In this document: positions 26,001 through 40,300 of the stretch, one piece after another
Numbering within the stretch: position 1 is the stretch's first letter
Layout: each line of letters opens with the position of its first letter
Assembly (NCBI GenBank): GCA_024137785.1
Contig: JAHRHZ010000222.1
Coordinates: 31,047,996 to 31,111,995 of the forward strand
Source: Ginglymostoma cirratum
Taxonomy: Eukaryota
Length of the DNA: 64,000 nucleotides
Direction of reading: 5' to 3'
The notes under the pieces: model-generated
What the model was told of the DNA's origin: nothing
Databases searched by the model: none
Seen by the model: the letters and a program-made list of their open reading frames with translations, nothing else
Made by a program: the position numbers and the translations under genes

Positions 26001-27502
26001 CTAAATGGAAAGCCGACTATACTGTAGTCTTATTATTATTGTAATTTTATGATGGCTTTGATAGTCATGTTGTACTTGTAAAAATAAAAAGATGTAATTG
26101 CACTCCTATTTATTTCTCTCAAAAATCAAGTTTTAAATGGTTTTGAGCAGATGCCATGTTCCCTTTCATTTGCTATCATAATATCTTGTTTTTCTTCATG
26201 CTGCTTGAGATAGTTTATTGTACAACAACTCAACCAAACTAAATCCAGTTTTATTTCTTCAATCTGTGATAGCAACAGGTTCACTACCAATTTTTAGTAA
26301 CACTAAATGCCAAATTTTTGATCGCAAATTGGGAGAACAGAGTTGAGATGAATTTCCAACCCCTCTAATTAGACTCGGGAGAATGTCTCCCAAATCTTTG
26401 CATTTTCCTTTTGGGGTGGGGGTGATAACGGAGAGTTGGGCCCATTGATCCTGAGAGCATTGGGAGGCAGCTACAGCGGTTAAAAAGGCCTGTCTTGGTG
26501 CTTCGAGATTTTGTCCCAGCAGTGTAAAATTCAATAAAATTAAAGATAATCTCACCCCATACACCCTCTCAAGCCCCCACAAATTCCCTATGTCACATCT
26601 ATATTCTCTTCCAACTCACCATGGCCCCTCATACCCTCCATGCAAACCTATGCCACTCTACTCACCTCATGGCTTTTTATATCCTAAGGCAACTTAATAC
26701 CAACTGATGCTAACACATCGCCCCCATCATCCATGTTCCCTCTAGGCTGCTCAGAGGGTCCGAGCTTGCTGATTGGCTTGTGGATGCATTGACATCCAGT
26801 TCCAGAATCTGTTGCTGCACTCGGACCTCGGACATCTATGTAGCAAAAGGAAGAATTAAAGGGAACATAACCTTTCACTCTTTGCCCTTATACCCTCCAT
26901 ACTAATTCCGCCAGTATCTGTCCTGGGCAGACCTCAGGAATCATGATGAGTTAAAGGTTTAAGTGTCCATTGAAGACTTTATTAAACTAAAACTGTCACT
27001 GATTCAATACCTATTCGATATGTTTACACTCCTCCAATTATTTAATCCCTTATGAAACCAACTGTTTCCTTCAAGTCCTTAATCATTTATGGAAATGCAC
27101 ATTTTTGTTCACAGCCAGATAGCAAATACTTGGAACTGTCAATCAACCTACAAACTTACAACCTTACCCGCCTCTGTGATAATACATTATTCCTATAATG
27201 ACAACCCTTTTGTGAACAGCTGCATCAAAATTTTAATGGCAACTGACCTCTTCCAAAGACCTCTGATTTCTGCCAAAAGTGGACCTCTCCAAGTGACTCC
27301 CATTCCTTTAGACCTTTGCTGAAATGTCTAAATCCTAGAAATTACACTTTTCATGTCACTCTACCAAAAACTGTACCCAGTTGTAGGTTTTTACATGTGG
27401 AGCTGCTTTTGTGAACCACAAAACACCATTGAAATGTCCTGTGAAAATGGTGGGTGCCAGGTTCGGGGCAATACTTCTGAAATCAGGATTGCAGCAAGAA
27501 TG

Positions 27503-27571
27503 TGGCCAAGTCAGAGACCTCTTTCATTCTCATGATGTTCATGGGAATGAAAGAGGTTTCTGACTTGGCCA
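27503..27571. repeat. 33-bp inverted repeat with 3-nt loop
   Basis: tggccaagtcagagacctctttcattctcatga-tgt-tcatgggaatgaaagaggtttctgacttggcca; two non-Watson-Crick positions. Confidence 0.9.
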
Positions 27572-28189
27572 AATACATCCCAACCTAACTGTGGACATTG
27601 TAATACCAAGAACTTGGCCTTAGAGCTACAAAATCTGGATTTTCAATCACAACTGAGTAATTCTGGTTTGATACATTTTAATCATTCCAAGCTGTTAACC
27701 ATAAGTCAAAGTAAATGGGAGCTTTTAAAACAGGTGGATTAACATGATTTTAAAATAGCACATCAAATGACACTGTAATGGAGGGGATCTCCCACGATAT
27801 TTCTCTCAGGTAGCCTGCAGCACACCTCTGATGATGAGCTGTGAAAATGGATCATGCAGACCTGCTGAGCAGAAGTGTTGCATGCATTATTCTCGGCTCC
27901 TGGCCATCACTTCCTGATTACAAATCGGAAGAATCACTGTCTCCTTCAGCTTTCAGTTTTTACAACTATATTATTACGAATGCTGAACTTTGCAAAACGC
28001 TTATGTTAAAATATATCCTTAATTGAAAGTATAATGTATCACTCTGAAAAGGTGGAAATTGAATTGGTAAACACCCCAGTCTGGAGAACTGCTTGTGTGA
28101 CTTCAGGTTTCATGGGTGATGAGCAATGAGAAGGGAAGAGTAACTCATAGAGAAACTCACTGAAAAGGATGAGTGATTGAGGACTCTGG

Positions 28190-28605
28190 GTCTATGCTTG
28201 ATAGAGTTTAGAAGGATGAGGAGGTATCTCATTGAAACTTACAGAATACTGAGAGGACTGGATAGAGTGGATGTGGCGATGTTTCCAAGAGTTGGAGACA
28301 CCAGGACCTGAGGGAACAGCCTCAGAGTGAAGGGATAACTCTTTATAAATGAAATGAGGAGGGATTTCTTCAGCCATTGGGGGGTTAATCTGTGGAACTC
28401 ACTGCCAGGAAGAGCTGTGGAGGCCAAGTCATTGAATGTCTTTTAAGACAGAGATAGATAGGTTTTTAAGATTAGTAAAGGGATCAAAGGTTACGGAGAC
28501 AAGGCAGAAGAACTGGGTTGAGAAACATATCAGCCATGATCGAATGACAAAGCAGACCTGATGGGCTGAATGACCTAATCTTGCTCATATCTTATGGTCT
28601 TATGG
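28190..28605 (+). mobile_element. CR1 LINE 3' fragment
   Basis: gagtttagaaggatgagg..ctcattgaaac..ctgtggaactcactgcc; cttatggt tail repeats. Confidence 0.85.
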
Positions 28606-31509
28606 TTGGGTTGAGGTTTATAGCACCTCTCACAGAACAGACAGAAGTCACTGCTGTGAGGCAGGGAGAAATGGAATTCTCCAAGCACAGGTCTTCTGTG
28701 ATGGGGAGTGGAAATAAGTTTCTCTACAGGGTCAAACAGTTTTACTAGTGCTGACTATAACATATGCAGCATTGTTTACAAAAGTCTCTAGAAATCTGGA
28801 TTGTCAGAATTGTTATGGTCTGAGTGAGAGAGGGAATCAAGGCATACCTTGCTGGTTTTAATTGGATCTGCTGGAAAACTCAGGCAGAGAAGACCTACTG
28901 GTGAAAGGTACTGGAAGCTTATACCTGACGTTGTCCGAGAAACAATCCTCCACCACTCTATCTCCTGTCTGTATATCTCCGTATCCTGCTGGGTTTCCCG
29001 TCAGTCACCAACCTCCTCCCACCAGGTGAAAGGTTATAGCTGGGTGAGAATTGACAAGAGCTTGATTGATGTGAGAGCTAGCCATCTGAGGCTTTGCCTG
29101 CCACCTTAACTACCTTAACCAGGTAGGGTCCAGGCAGGTAGGGGAAGGGAAATGCAGATACTGAATTTGGAAGGACCCCACATGCTTACAAACACATCTC
29201 GCCAGGGATTGTAACATTCTGCCCTACATTTCTAAAAATTGGATTTTTAACCTAGCAAAAAAGGAAGTTTCCCTGTGTTAACAGTTATGCTGAAATTCAA
29301 GTGCTCAGAAGTCCTTAATGTCAAATATTTTGCAGTAAGCATCATCTGGTGCTAATGTTGTCTCCACAGCTATAAGTGTCAGTGTAAAAACATAGAACAA
29401 GAACATGGAACATAGAACAGTACAGCACAGTACAGGCCCTTCGGCCCACGATGTTGTACCGACCTATTATCCCACTCTAAGATCAAACTACTCTGCATAC
29501 CCTACATTTTACTATCATCCATGTATCTATCCAAGAGTCGCTTAAATGTCCCTGTGAAGGAGTGACGATAATCACTTTCATATTTAGTTGAACTCAGCAA
29601 AATTTTTACCAACCAAATATCTGAAAAGCAAAATTGTTTCTCATTTGCAGGCAAAAGGTAGGGCTCTATTCTGCTGTAAAATAGTTCCAACTAACACCAT
29701 TGCTGATTTCTTTGATTAATGATAAAACGTTATTTTAAACGTAAAAACTATGAAAGAGGAAAAGAAGGGAAAGTGAGGGATTAAGGAGAGAGAATAAATG
29801 AGATAGATCATCTGGGTAAAAGCAGACTTGACGATTTCTGGGCTATAGTATTCTAAGTATTGCCTCAAACAAGAATTTCTTGGCACATATTAATAACTTC
29901 AGGAGCAGAGTGTACCATGAGAACGACTCTCCAATTTCACTCAGTTAAACTGCTATGGACTCTTCAAAGGGCATGGTTTGGACTAGAAATTTTTTATCCC
30001 AATAACGTGGGTTGATGATCAGTTGGTCTGACCTTGCAGAAAAGTGACATTTTCCCTAAATATAAACTCAAAATAATTGCATTTATTTTTGATCACAGAA
30101 CACCAGTTGGATACAATATCATTGTTGTACAATCTAATAATAATGAAACATTCTTGCAGCCCGTATATCATGAGATTGTTAATGCAGAATTCCCTCAGCA
30201 GAGTTTGGTTCATATAACGTAGAACAAAGCACCCAGGACAGGACAATAAGGTCCTGGCTCAGATTCTGGTTTGCGTAAATTCTGTTAATTGCAGGAGTTT
30301 CACTGTACCGAGACCAGCCACAGCAAATTGGATAGGTTTCTTCTTCATCTGATTACTACAGAGCTCCATTGCAGGAAATACATGTGTTCAAGTGTTGGTT
30401 GAAAGCGTGTGCTCTGCACCGAGGTTTAAATAAGTTCTGATTCACTACATTCAGACAAATGGTGCGGACAGCAAAGAAGCATCCTTAGAACCTCTGAATT
30501 CATATTAATTAGAAATGTACAGGATTTAAATTATATCGCTGCTGTTAGGAAAACACACAAAGTAAATTTATTAATTATTTTCTGCACTGTGCTAATACTG
30601 ACAGTGTAACATTTGTACTAGAACAGTGCAGAGAGGAATGGAGAAGAGCTACATTGGAATTTTATAAGCGAATAGCACTGCTCAAAGTTTCAAAACTCAT
30701 CAAAAAATAATACTTTAGTAAAAGACTTCAAATCAAAATAAAATTGTATATTTTTTAAAAAAATATTATTTGTACATTTCATTTTCTTTTAAAAAGGTGT
30801 TAAAAGCAACAACATTTAACAGAATGGAATTTTTTATCCTTGCTGTTGTAAGACTTGCATTCATTATCTCCCTCAGTGAAGGAAACTTGTCTAGCCCATA
30901 TGTTTGTGCAGTCCCACAACAAATATCCTCCAAAGTCGGATGAAGGATGGAATCTGTCACATCCAAAGAACTTATATACATATCTTTTCCTAAATAAAAT
31001 AAGTAAGAAATAAAGCTTAAACTTTCACCTCAGGACACTTCAACTGAAGGGTGCTGTCTGCGCTGGGTGTTTATGATGGATAGATTCAGAAATATACCTT
31101 AAGCTGGTACCAACAAACCTAGGCATCAACAACACAAACATGTCCCCTTTTCTAAGCCTGTGATTTAGCCAGTTCATTTTCAAAAGTAGTTGCACTTTCT
31201 TAAAGAAGAGTCACATCATGGGACGTGCTCAGTGTCATCAAAGTTCTTCAGTTTGTCAATGTTGGTTTCTAGTCTCCATCTATTTTCCACTGGTGATAGT
31301 CAGGAATATTTTGTACCGTATAAAATTGCTGATCCTGGAACAGTTGAGCAGAGTTTATTATTAGCCCTGTTCATTCCAGAAAAATGCTGAATTCAGTGTC
31401 CTAATGAAATACACTTTTCTCTTGCCACGTAGCTCCTAAACATGATTTAAGGCAAGAAATTAAAAGTTTCAGGAATGGAGGGAACAAATATCACTAAAAC
31501 AAAAGCAAG

Positions 31510-31730
31510 ATATTGAGAATGATGGAAATTTGAAACAAAAACACACAGCACTGCAGAAACTAAGCTGGACTGGCAGCATCTATGGAGTGAGAAAGAGGGG
31601 TAACTTTTTGAGTCTGAATGCACTTTTCCTCAGAAGTGTTAGATAGGACCCAAAATATTAACTCTGTTGCTGCATTCACAGATGTTGCCAGACCAACAGA
31701 GATTTTCCAGTACTTTCTGTTTGTATTTTA
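31510..31730. mobile_element. Old, diverged palindromic Penelope-type repeat
   Basis: Imperfect inverted arms (ctggcagcatct...agatgttgccag) with the same layout as the younger mini-elements. Confidence 0.5.
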
Positions 31731-34226
31731 GAACAATTATTTTTACTTTACCACAATGAACACTGCCTATCAATACAGGATAGAATAACATTCTTGTTGT
31801 TCACCCACCATAGTGACCTGAACAGAGCCTACACATGAAGCGTCCTGAATACATTCGTATAGCACAGCCAGGCTGCATCAGTGTTGTGACCATATACATC
31901 TATTAGGCTACCCAACTAATCATAGGCTTTGTCCAGAATCAGTGTCAGAGAATGATCTTTCTTTTACACTCCAAGTCATATTTACAAAAACACAAGAGTC
32001 ACACCTAGTAATTGGATTGTATATTTGACTCAAATGTTTGCACACCTTTGATATACCTTGAAATATATTGTACAAGTATGTATGCAATATTTCGCAGTTC
32101 ATGACATTTTTGGCTAAGCTGAAACACAATCCGAACAAGACTTCTACCTCTGCTGGCTGTAAGACTAAATTGCTCAATGTCAGTTTTTATTTGAAATAGA
32201 TGAAGAAATGACACCCAATGAGAATTGATCAAAATTGCCCCTGGGGTATCAGCAACAAGCTTTAGATGGTAGTTGGGTAGCTCATGCAGCTTGTGGGTTG
32301 GAGAGTTCAAAATTTTAACTCGGCTGGCCCTGGAGGTTGGGGAGCTGATTTGTAGAGACAAGGCAGAGAAAGAGGTAATGAATCTGAAGCAGCACCAGCG
32401 TAGAAAATTTCTCTGGGAACAGGACAACTGCTGCTTCACCTAGTTTCACAGAAATTAAAATCCAGAAAGAAAATAATCCTCCCCTGTTTTTGTGGATAGA
32501 CCCTAATCCATTGAGCAGCTCTAAATTAGATATTAATGATCCAGAACAGTTGAATATGCAGACAGTGTGCAGCTGACAATCATTTTGCAGCAGGGTTCAA
32601 AACTAGCACTAGGACCTCAATTTTGAGCATTCAGGGCATTTGGCTGGTTACAGAGGGTGCCTATGACACTTGGAAGTCACTGTGCTCTTCCAAGGATCTC
32701 CAAGCATAGGAAATTGCTGCTGGACAGCTGTCCCCAAGTTACTGTCACTCAGAAAACAGACACAAATCTGTCCAGTTTGCATTTCCCTAGTCTCAATCCA
32801 CAATTGGAGATGGCCTCAGAGCACAAAATGACTCCTAATTCAGTATTTAGGGGATATTTCTGTGCTACACAAAGCAATAAAAAGTTTGATTGTCTATTAT
32901 TCTTTATCAATTATTTGTTGGTCCAGAAAGTAAAGATTGATTCTTTCTTTAAATAACTGAAATTCTTATAAATTGGCAAAGGAGTGATAATCCATGTATA
33001 GATTTCCATCTTTATGGTGTTCTTTAAAACTGACAGTATAAGAATTCATATTGCAATATACGGCATTTTTTGCCTGTCTTTGGTTTCTTTTTTTCCTCGT
33101 TGCTTTCCAAACAGCAGGCTTGTGCCTTTAGATGGCATTTCCACAAAGAGAGAGCTGTGACATCATGCAGTCCGACTTTAGTTTTTGCTTTGTATCCCAA
33201 AAGCAAGATGGCGGAATCAACTGATGTCTGGGCACAGGTATGACCTAATTAGCATAGAAAACTGTTGCTTCCCCCTTTTTGTTTGTATTTTGCTGAATAT
33301 TATTTTAGTACTGCAGCTATGCCGCAGCACTGTAAAAGACACATTGTTAAAGATTGGATCATTTGTGATCATCCTATTTTAAAAAGAGAGTCTAGATAAG
33401 ATAGGTATCCTGAAGTTTATCAACAACATTAACTATTTAAATTGTTAGCATATCACACACTTACACACAATCTGGGTTTTGTGCTTAATTATGTTATGTA
33501 CCTTACATACACATAGCTGACTGACTGAACACACTACACTGACTTCATTGGACTATGTTAGAGGTGAAGTGGATACATTTATTTTGGAATGTCACATGTT
33601 ATAATGTCACATAATGTCTTAAAGTACACTGGTCTGGAATCTATACAATAACATAACAGCCAAACTTATGTTTCTTACCAGCAGGGACTGCTGGCGATAT
33701 CTAGAATATCTTTCTAGAGATATTCAATTAAGAGGGTGCCCCAGGATTGTTGCCAGGGTGGCAGGCGGGAGGGTGATCTTGATCATAAGATTGGAAAGGT
33801 GGCCAGCAGTCCCTGTGAACAACTGACAAGCACAAGGCAGGGTTCCATGTGCTACCTGAAAGATTCCATTGCCCTTGGAAAATCTTTGCTAATTACTCAA
33901 CGGCATCAATTGCCTTCCCACTACTACTTGCTAGGTTACCATCAGCACACTCAAGGTGCCTCTAGAAAGGGTGAGAGGCACTGAGATTGTCCTGCCAAGT
34001 GTTAATCCTTTGCATCCAATCCTATGCCCAAAGACCTAATAAAATTCCCTTTCAAATTGCTTTTACAATCCTGACAAGAACACAAATAGAAGAATTAAGT
34101 TTTTCACGGCTGATGTGCTTTACTCACCAAACATTTTGCACTCATAACACAAACACATAGAAGGAACTTGTATCTTTAGCTGTACACTTGTACAAGATAC
34201 ATACCTATGTGCTTAATTCTCCGAAA

Positions 34227-34311
34227 TTAATTCAGTCGAATATTTGGGTTTTTGCAATTGGCATTTTTCAGTCTTTCCTTTCCATCATTTGATATGTTAT
34301 TCACCAGAATC
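34227..34311 (-). CDS. NLR terminal LRR/cap exon with stop codon
   Basis: tctttctcgtttag|G (phase 2); ILVNNISNDGKERLKNANCKNPNIRLN then TAA at 34229-34227. Resembles the capping repeat of NOD-type NLRs. Confidence 0.88.
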
Positions 34312-37300
34312 CTAAACGAGAAAGACATCAAAGGATTCTAAGGGTAAGGCTCAAAAAACTTCAGTTCTTCAGTGAGTAAAAGAGTCAAACACCAGGATAT
34401 TGAAATGAAAGACCATTTTGTAAAAAAGGAGTAGGAAAGTCGACGTTTTAGGTCAGGACCCTTCTTCAGAAATGGGTTACCTGGCCTGCTGTGTTCCTCC
34501 AGCTCCACATTGTGTTATCTTTGACTGCAGCATCAGCAGTTTTTACTATCTCTGACCTTTTTGTAAAAACTGTTTTATCCTGCAGTTCTTTCTTCATCCA
34601 CAGGGAGGAATGATGTGCCTTTTTTCTATTTTACTCTTGTACTTGTTTGGATGCAATACAGAAAAGAAAGCCAAGGTGGAAATCTCATGTATAAAATGAT
34701 GCACACTAAATTTTCTTTCTGGCTTAAGTGCAGCCAGAGAAAACTGCACTTTAAATGTGACCAGAACATGCATTTTTTTAACTACTCCCATTCCAGGTGA
34801 CAACTGTAACATCTTTCAAATTGTTACAACAAACACGAAATGATACATAATTTCTTCTCACTCACTGCAAAAAAAAGTTGTGGGAGATTATGTAAATATG
34901 TCAGTTTAATTATTATATACTGGATGTTTTGAGATGGTTCTGAAATTAAAGGATAAATGTGTCCTCTTGTTGAAACCTGAACCATCTCCATAGAGGCTGG
35001 TATCCCGTCACCAAGTCACCCTTTATTTACACGTGGAGAATCTTTGACACTGATCCAGCTCCCTCAGAGCCAGCTCTTACAGTGAACAGGGTCTCTGACA
35101 CTCCTATTTTTATCTGTAAACCAGGGCTCCCCGATTGGACCAGATTAACAGCCTCAATCAGGGAACTCATATTTGATGATATCTGCCTGACTGACTTCAT
35201 TACAATCACTACAATACCCAACATGAACAGTTATGTTGAACACTGGGTTATTGTAGTCTGATTTTCTTTGACACAGTGGTGACTGAAATTAACTTTTATT
35301 TATTTTTAAATAGAACTAATTGTAAATATTAAGTTATTTGCCAGTTTAAACAAAACAAACATGCCTATTAGTATCTTACACTTCTCTTTAAATTCAGTAG
35401 CATTTTAAATAAGAAACTTTAATTTCTTCCTATAATGTGAATTTCATTGTTACTAAAACAAAGGTCAAATTTTAAAATCTGGCTGTTATTTCTGCCTCCT
35501 TTTCCAGTGGGATCACAGCATAGACACACTGAAAAGCAGAAAAAGTAGAACATTTAGTCCACTGCAGCAATACCATCATTCACAGAACTTCTCACTGATT
35601 TGTTACCTAACTGTATTTCCCTGTCTGCATTCCATTTTCTTTGACGTCTTTGGCTAATGAAAATTGATCAATCTCAGTTTTGAAATTAACAATTAATTCA
35701 GCATCAATTACTTTTTGTGAAAGAGAGTTTGAAACTTCTACCACTCTTTGCATGATGAAGTGTTTCCTACCTCCATTCTTAAAAAGGTTTACCTGGTTTT
35801 CTTTTACAATGGTCCTCGATGAATACAACATAACTAGATAGTCTCTCCCAATCTATCTTATCTGTTCTTAATATCTTGAAAACTTCAACGAAATCACCCT
35901 TAAATATTCCAAATTCCAGGGAATACAACATAAGTTTATGTAATCTCATCATAATTTTACTTTTGGAGTCAAGGTATTATTCCCGTAAAGCTACACTGCA
36001 TTACCTCCAAGGCCAATACTTTATATCCTCTCAAGCATGTGGGGCTCAGAACTGGTCACAGTGCTGCAGGTGTAGCCTAACCAGGGTTTGTATAGCTGTC
36101 TTCTACCCGCTTGCATCCTGTCCCAGTAGATATAAGGACGAGCATTCATTTAACTCTTTTAGTCATAATAGTCTTAATATTCTGTGTGCATGGACCCCAT
36201 TTCACCAGGTCTCTTCAGATGTTCAAAGTCTTTAGCTTTTCACAAGTTGGAAAGTGCTCTGTTTTATCCTTTTATATTTGACTATGCTGAAATCGATTAG
36301 CCACAATTTTGCCTATTCGCCTAAACTATCAATATTTCTTTTGCATTTTCATTTATACTGATTACAATACTATCCACCATTGATTCATCATCAAGTCTGG
36401 TTAAGCAGCTTTAAAATGCAAGCTTCCAAGAAAATTTCAATCTTCTATGATTGTGATCAACGAAAAATTCTAAATAAACAACAATTTTAATTCATGAACA
36501 ATAAAACAAAATTCTTACCACAACTCTTCAAGTGTGTCATTGACTTCTAAAGCACTTCTAAAATAATCGCTCCCTTTTTCAGTGATATCATTGTCTCCGA
36601 GTCTACGAACAAATATTCTCCATTTTATTAATCAGCCACCCAGAAAGTACAGTAACATGTAAATTGAAATCCTTAAATATAAAAAGGTATGAATCATAGA
36701 TGACATACAAGTAAAAGGAAATAACAGAGCACTTTTAAAGGAGCTATTCTCTTAAAAATAAACAATGACTTGCCTCCAGCCCAGTTAATTGTATGGTGGG
36801 AAATCACACAGGAACTTTGCTGACCCACCACTACCACGGTGGAGCGCAGAGTAGGGCAGAGGGAGACCTCACCAATGGGGGGAGCCCACAGAGCGGACCT
36901 TAACTGGTGCATGCCTGCTGCTTGGGGTGTGCGGTTAGGGGGGGGTGTGTGTGTGTGTGTGTGTGTGCGCGTGTGTGCGTGCGTGCGTGTGTGTGTGCGT
37001 GTGTGTTTCCTCATTCCAAGGCACTCAAAGCTTACTGAAGGGACCCAGCATCAGGTGTCAGGGTCCCATTGCAAGATCCCTCCCTGTCCAAATTCCCAAC
37101 CCTCCTCCCATCCAGCCCATGACTCCCTTGGCCTGTGCCTAGCTGATCCTAGGCTTCAGGTGGGTGTCTAAGTAACAGCCTCTGGCCCCCCCAGTGCCAT
37201 TTTTAACAATTAAGTGCTGCTGGCTTCTGGTAAGCAGCTATTTTTGGGTGGTACTTCTTCCTTTTGGGTCATTGATTCTGGGAAAGGCCCATCACTGCCC

Positions 37301-40300
37301 AATACAGTGTCTGATGGGTATTTAACAACAAAGAGGTGGCACAGGGCTCCCATAGATTTCCAGCTCACAGGCAAGACTCCCATTGCCTCTGCCCAATGTA
37401 ACTGAAGCTCAGGGCAAACATCAGCCAGGCTCAGCACATGAGCAGACTGGCAAGTGCCAAGCCACCAGGTAATATAAGCTGTCTGTGAAATCAAACTTAA
37501 AAGCTCAAATGGAAATAAGTGCACCTGGGAGAGTTTGGGATTGGAGAAAATGTTCTGGTGTGAGTTTACATTTAAACAATTACCTTAGCTCAACCAAGCT
37601 GCGATTTTTTGTCATTGCTTGTGCCATATACATTGCACCTTCATCTCCGATCTTGTTAACCTGCAAACTGAAACAGGACAAATAAATATATTTAATTTCC
37701 CTTCAATAATGAGAAACAGCCCTCTTAGCTCCAAAGTAACTCAATTTGTTAACACTGTGAGCTTTTTTCTTTCTATTCATGGTCTTCATTTTGCTTGGCC
37801 AGAGGGAGATTCCCACTGTGGTACAAAATGAAGATCATTAAACTCCTAGGTTCAATCTTCAACAGATGCAAGTTTAGGTCATTTAACTTCAGGTGGTCAT
37901 GGAGCATTGGTTCATAGCCCATAGGTGAAAGAGAGATAATGCAATTGAGCCAGGCTTTCTAGTTTTAGAGCTAGTGATTTCTACATTGCCATCCATCGAT
38001 AAGAAGATAATAACCATATCAGTTTTAGGTATATTTGCAATAATGGCTCTGAATATTTAGATTCATGGATGAAGAAATGCACACTTGGTATGATGGAACC
38101 ATCCTGCAACCAGGAAACTGCATTCAGAAAGGGAGGGAAAAAAATGGGGATTTAAAAAATAGAAAGTTCAATTATCTAGCAGTAATGGAACAGTGCTTTG
38201 GAGCATCAAGTGCTCTGCCATTCATTTGTAGAGTGCAGGATCACACCTATATTCTCTCATGTGGTGGGAATCTTTCTCTGGCCAAGCAAAATGAAGACCG
38301 CAAATAGAGAGAAAAAAGCTCCAAAGTTCCGCAGAAAGATTCCATTAATTTGTAAGGTCAGTTTCAAAAAAAAAAGTCTTATATGCATGGATTAGGCAGG
38401 TGTAAGACTGTTTGAAACAGTCTGTCTATTCTTGACAGTAGCTTCAATGCTCATTTTGCCTTTGTAATGGGGATTTCCCAGTTCCAATTGCTACTGCCCC
38501 TGGCAATTAGTTCCATACACAAAGGGTACTAATTTGACATACTATTGGGGTTCGCAGTCAATCTTGTGGAAGTTGATAGGCCAGCACTCTGCGTACCATC
38601 TATCACCAATACAAAGAGGCACACTGCAGCAATGTAGGGAGAGCTCCTAGCTTAAGGAAAGCCAATCAACTGCTCTAGCAGTGATTACTTTTCACTTTGC
38701 AAAGGTCAAAATTTCCTCTGAGGCACTGAGAAACGGTGGTGACACAGCATATCTCCCAATCGGTTCAGGCCTTATTTTTAAATGAACACTTCCAGAGGAC
38801 AATACTACTATTAATTATTTAATAGTGTAGTCGTGCCTCTAGTTATAGCTGGGTGATACAATTCATTTTACCTTGATTTTATTAAATAATTAAATCATAC
38901 AAGTTATTTTGTCAGCACTTCTGAGAATTCCTCTTGGTCACAATGAAGATCCAATATGGACTTAACAATAACAACTACGAACAGTGCTGTCCTGAAATTT
39001 AGTAATATCACCAAGTAGTGCACAAAAGGTTTGAGGAAAACAAACAATACCCAAAAACTCGCAATGTTGTGTTGATCTCTAGAGCTTCAGCCATCGAACG
39101 GGCACCTTTAGCTCGGACAGAGTTTGCCCTTAATCTAGTGAAATCAGAGGGATTTTGTTAAAATAAACAAAGTAAAATCATCAGACATCTTAACAGCAGT
39201 TAATTTTAGTTGTAACTTCTCCTGCAAGTTTGATAAACATTCTACTTTGCCAAGTTGATTACATACCCCAATGTTTTCAGACTCCTGTTTGTTTTCAATG
39301 CATCAGCTATTTGGGCTGCTCCTTTTTCCTGTATGGAGTTGTGCTTCAACCTGTGAAAGTTCCAGATATTCAGACACCATATCATTTGTATAATTTGCCT
39401 GGACCCGAAGCTAGTGATATAGCTATAGTGATACACTGTAGTCCATCATTTCATTGAAAGCATCTGATTTACTTATAATTGATTTGGAAATTGCTCAAAA
39501 AGTCCAGTATGCACGGCATACAGGGGAATTATTTATTGCAGTTAAAAAGTGAAATGTAGTTTCCTACTATATAGAACAAGATGGAAACATATTTTCACGT
39601 GTCAAACAGGGCTTGTAATTTAATGTTCCAATTATAATACTACTTTTAATTAGAATCACAAACACAATGGTGCAAATAACATTTTGAGTCACTTTTAATT
39701 TTGAGGATCAAGATTATTATTTACAACCATCTAAAACTAATCATGTGATATATTTGAAGAAAATAAGCTTGACAGGTCATCAGCTTCTATTATTTATAGA
39801 AGAATTTTTATAGAATTTATAGAATCCTTACAGCATGGAAACAGGCCCTTTGGCCCAACAAGTCCACACTAACCCTCAGAGCATCCCACCCAGACCCATC
39901 CCTATAACCCACCTAATCTACACATCCCTGAACACTACGGGTAATTTAGCATGGCCAATCCACTTAACCTGCGCATCTTTGGACTGTGGGAGGAAACTGG
40001 AGCACCTGGAGGAAACCCACGCAGAGACGGGGAGAACACGCAAACTCCACACAGACAGCCGTCCGAGGGTGGAATCGAACCTTGGTCCCTGGTGCTATGA
40101 GGCAGCAATGCTAACCACTGAGCCACCGTGCAATAAAAATCAGTTGCACAGAATCATGATTAAGATTGTTATCCTTTTTTCAGAGTCCTTACACAGTCAC
40201 TGATTTGTTTGAAGTTTGTTTAAAGATTTTGTCTTGAACCGTGAATACTGATGGTACTATCAGAGAACTAGTTTGGAAAAGTTCGCACGGCAAAATACTG

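Noticed and set aside
36694-37171. ORFs with HT/VC repeats
   Set aside because: Translations of the (GT)n microsatellite.
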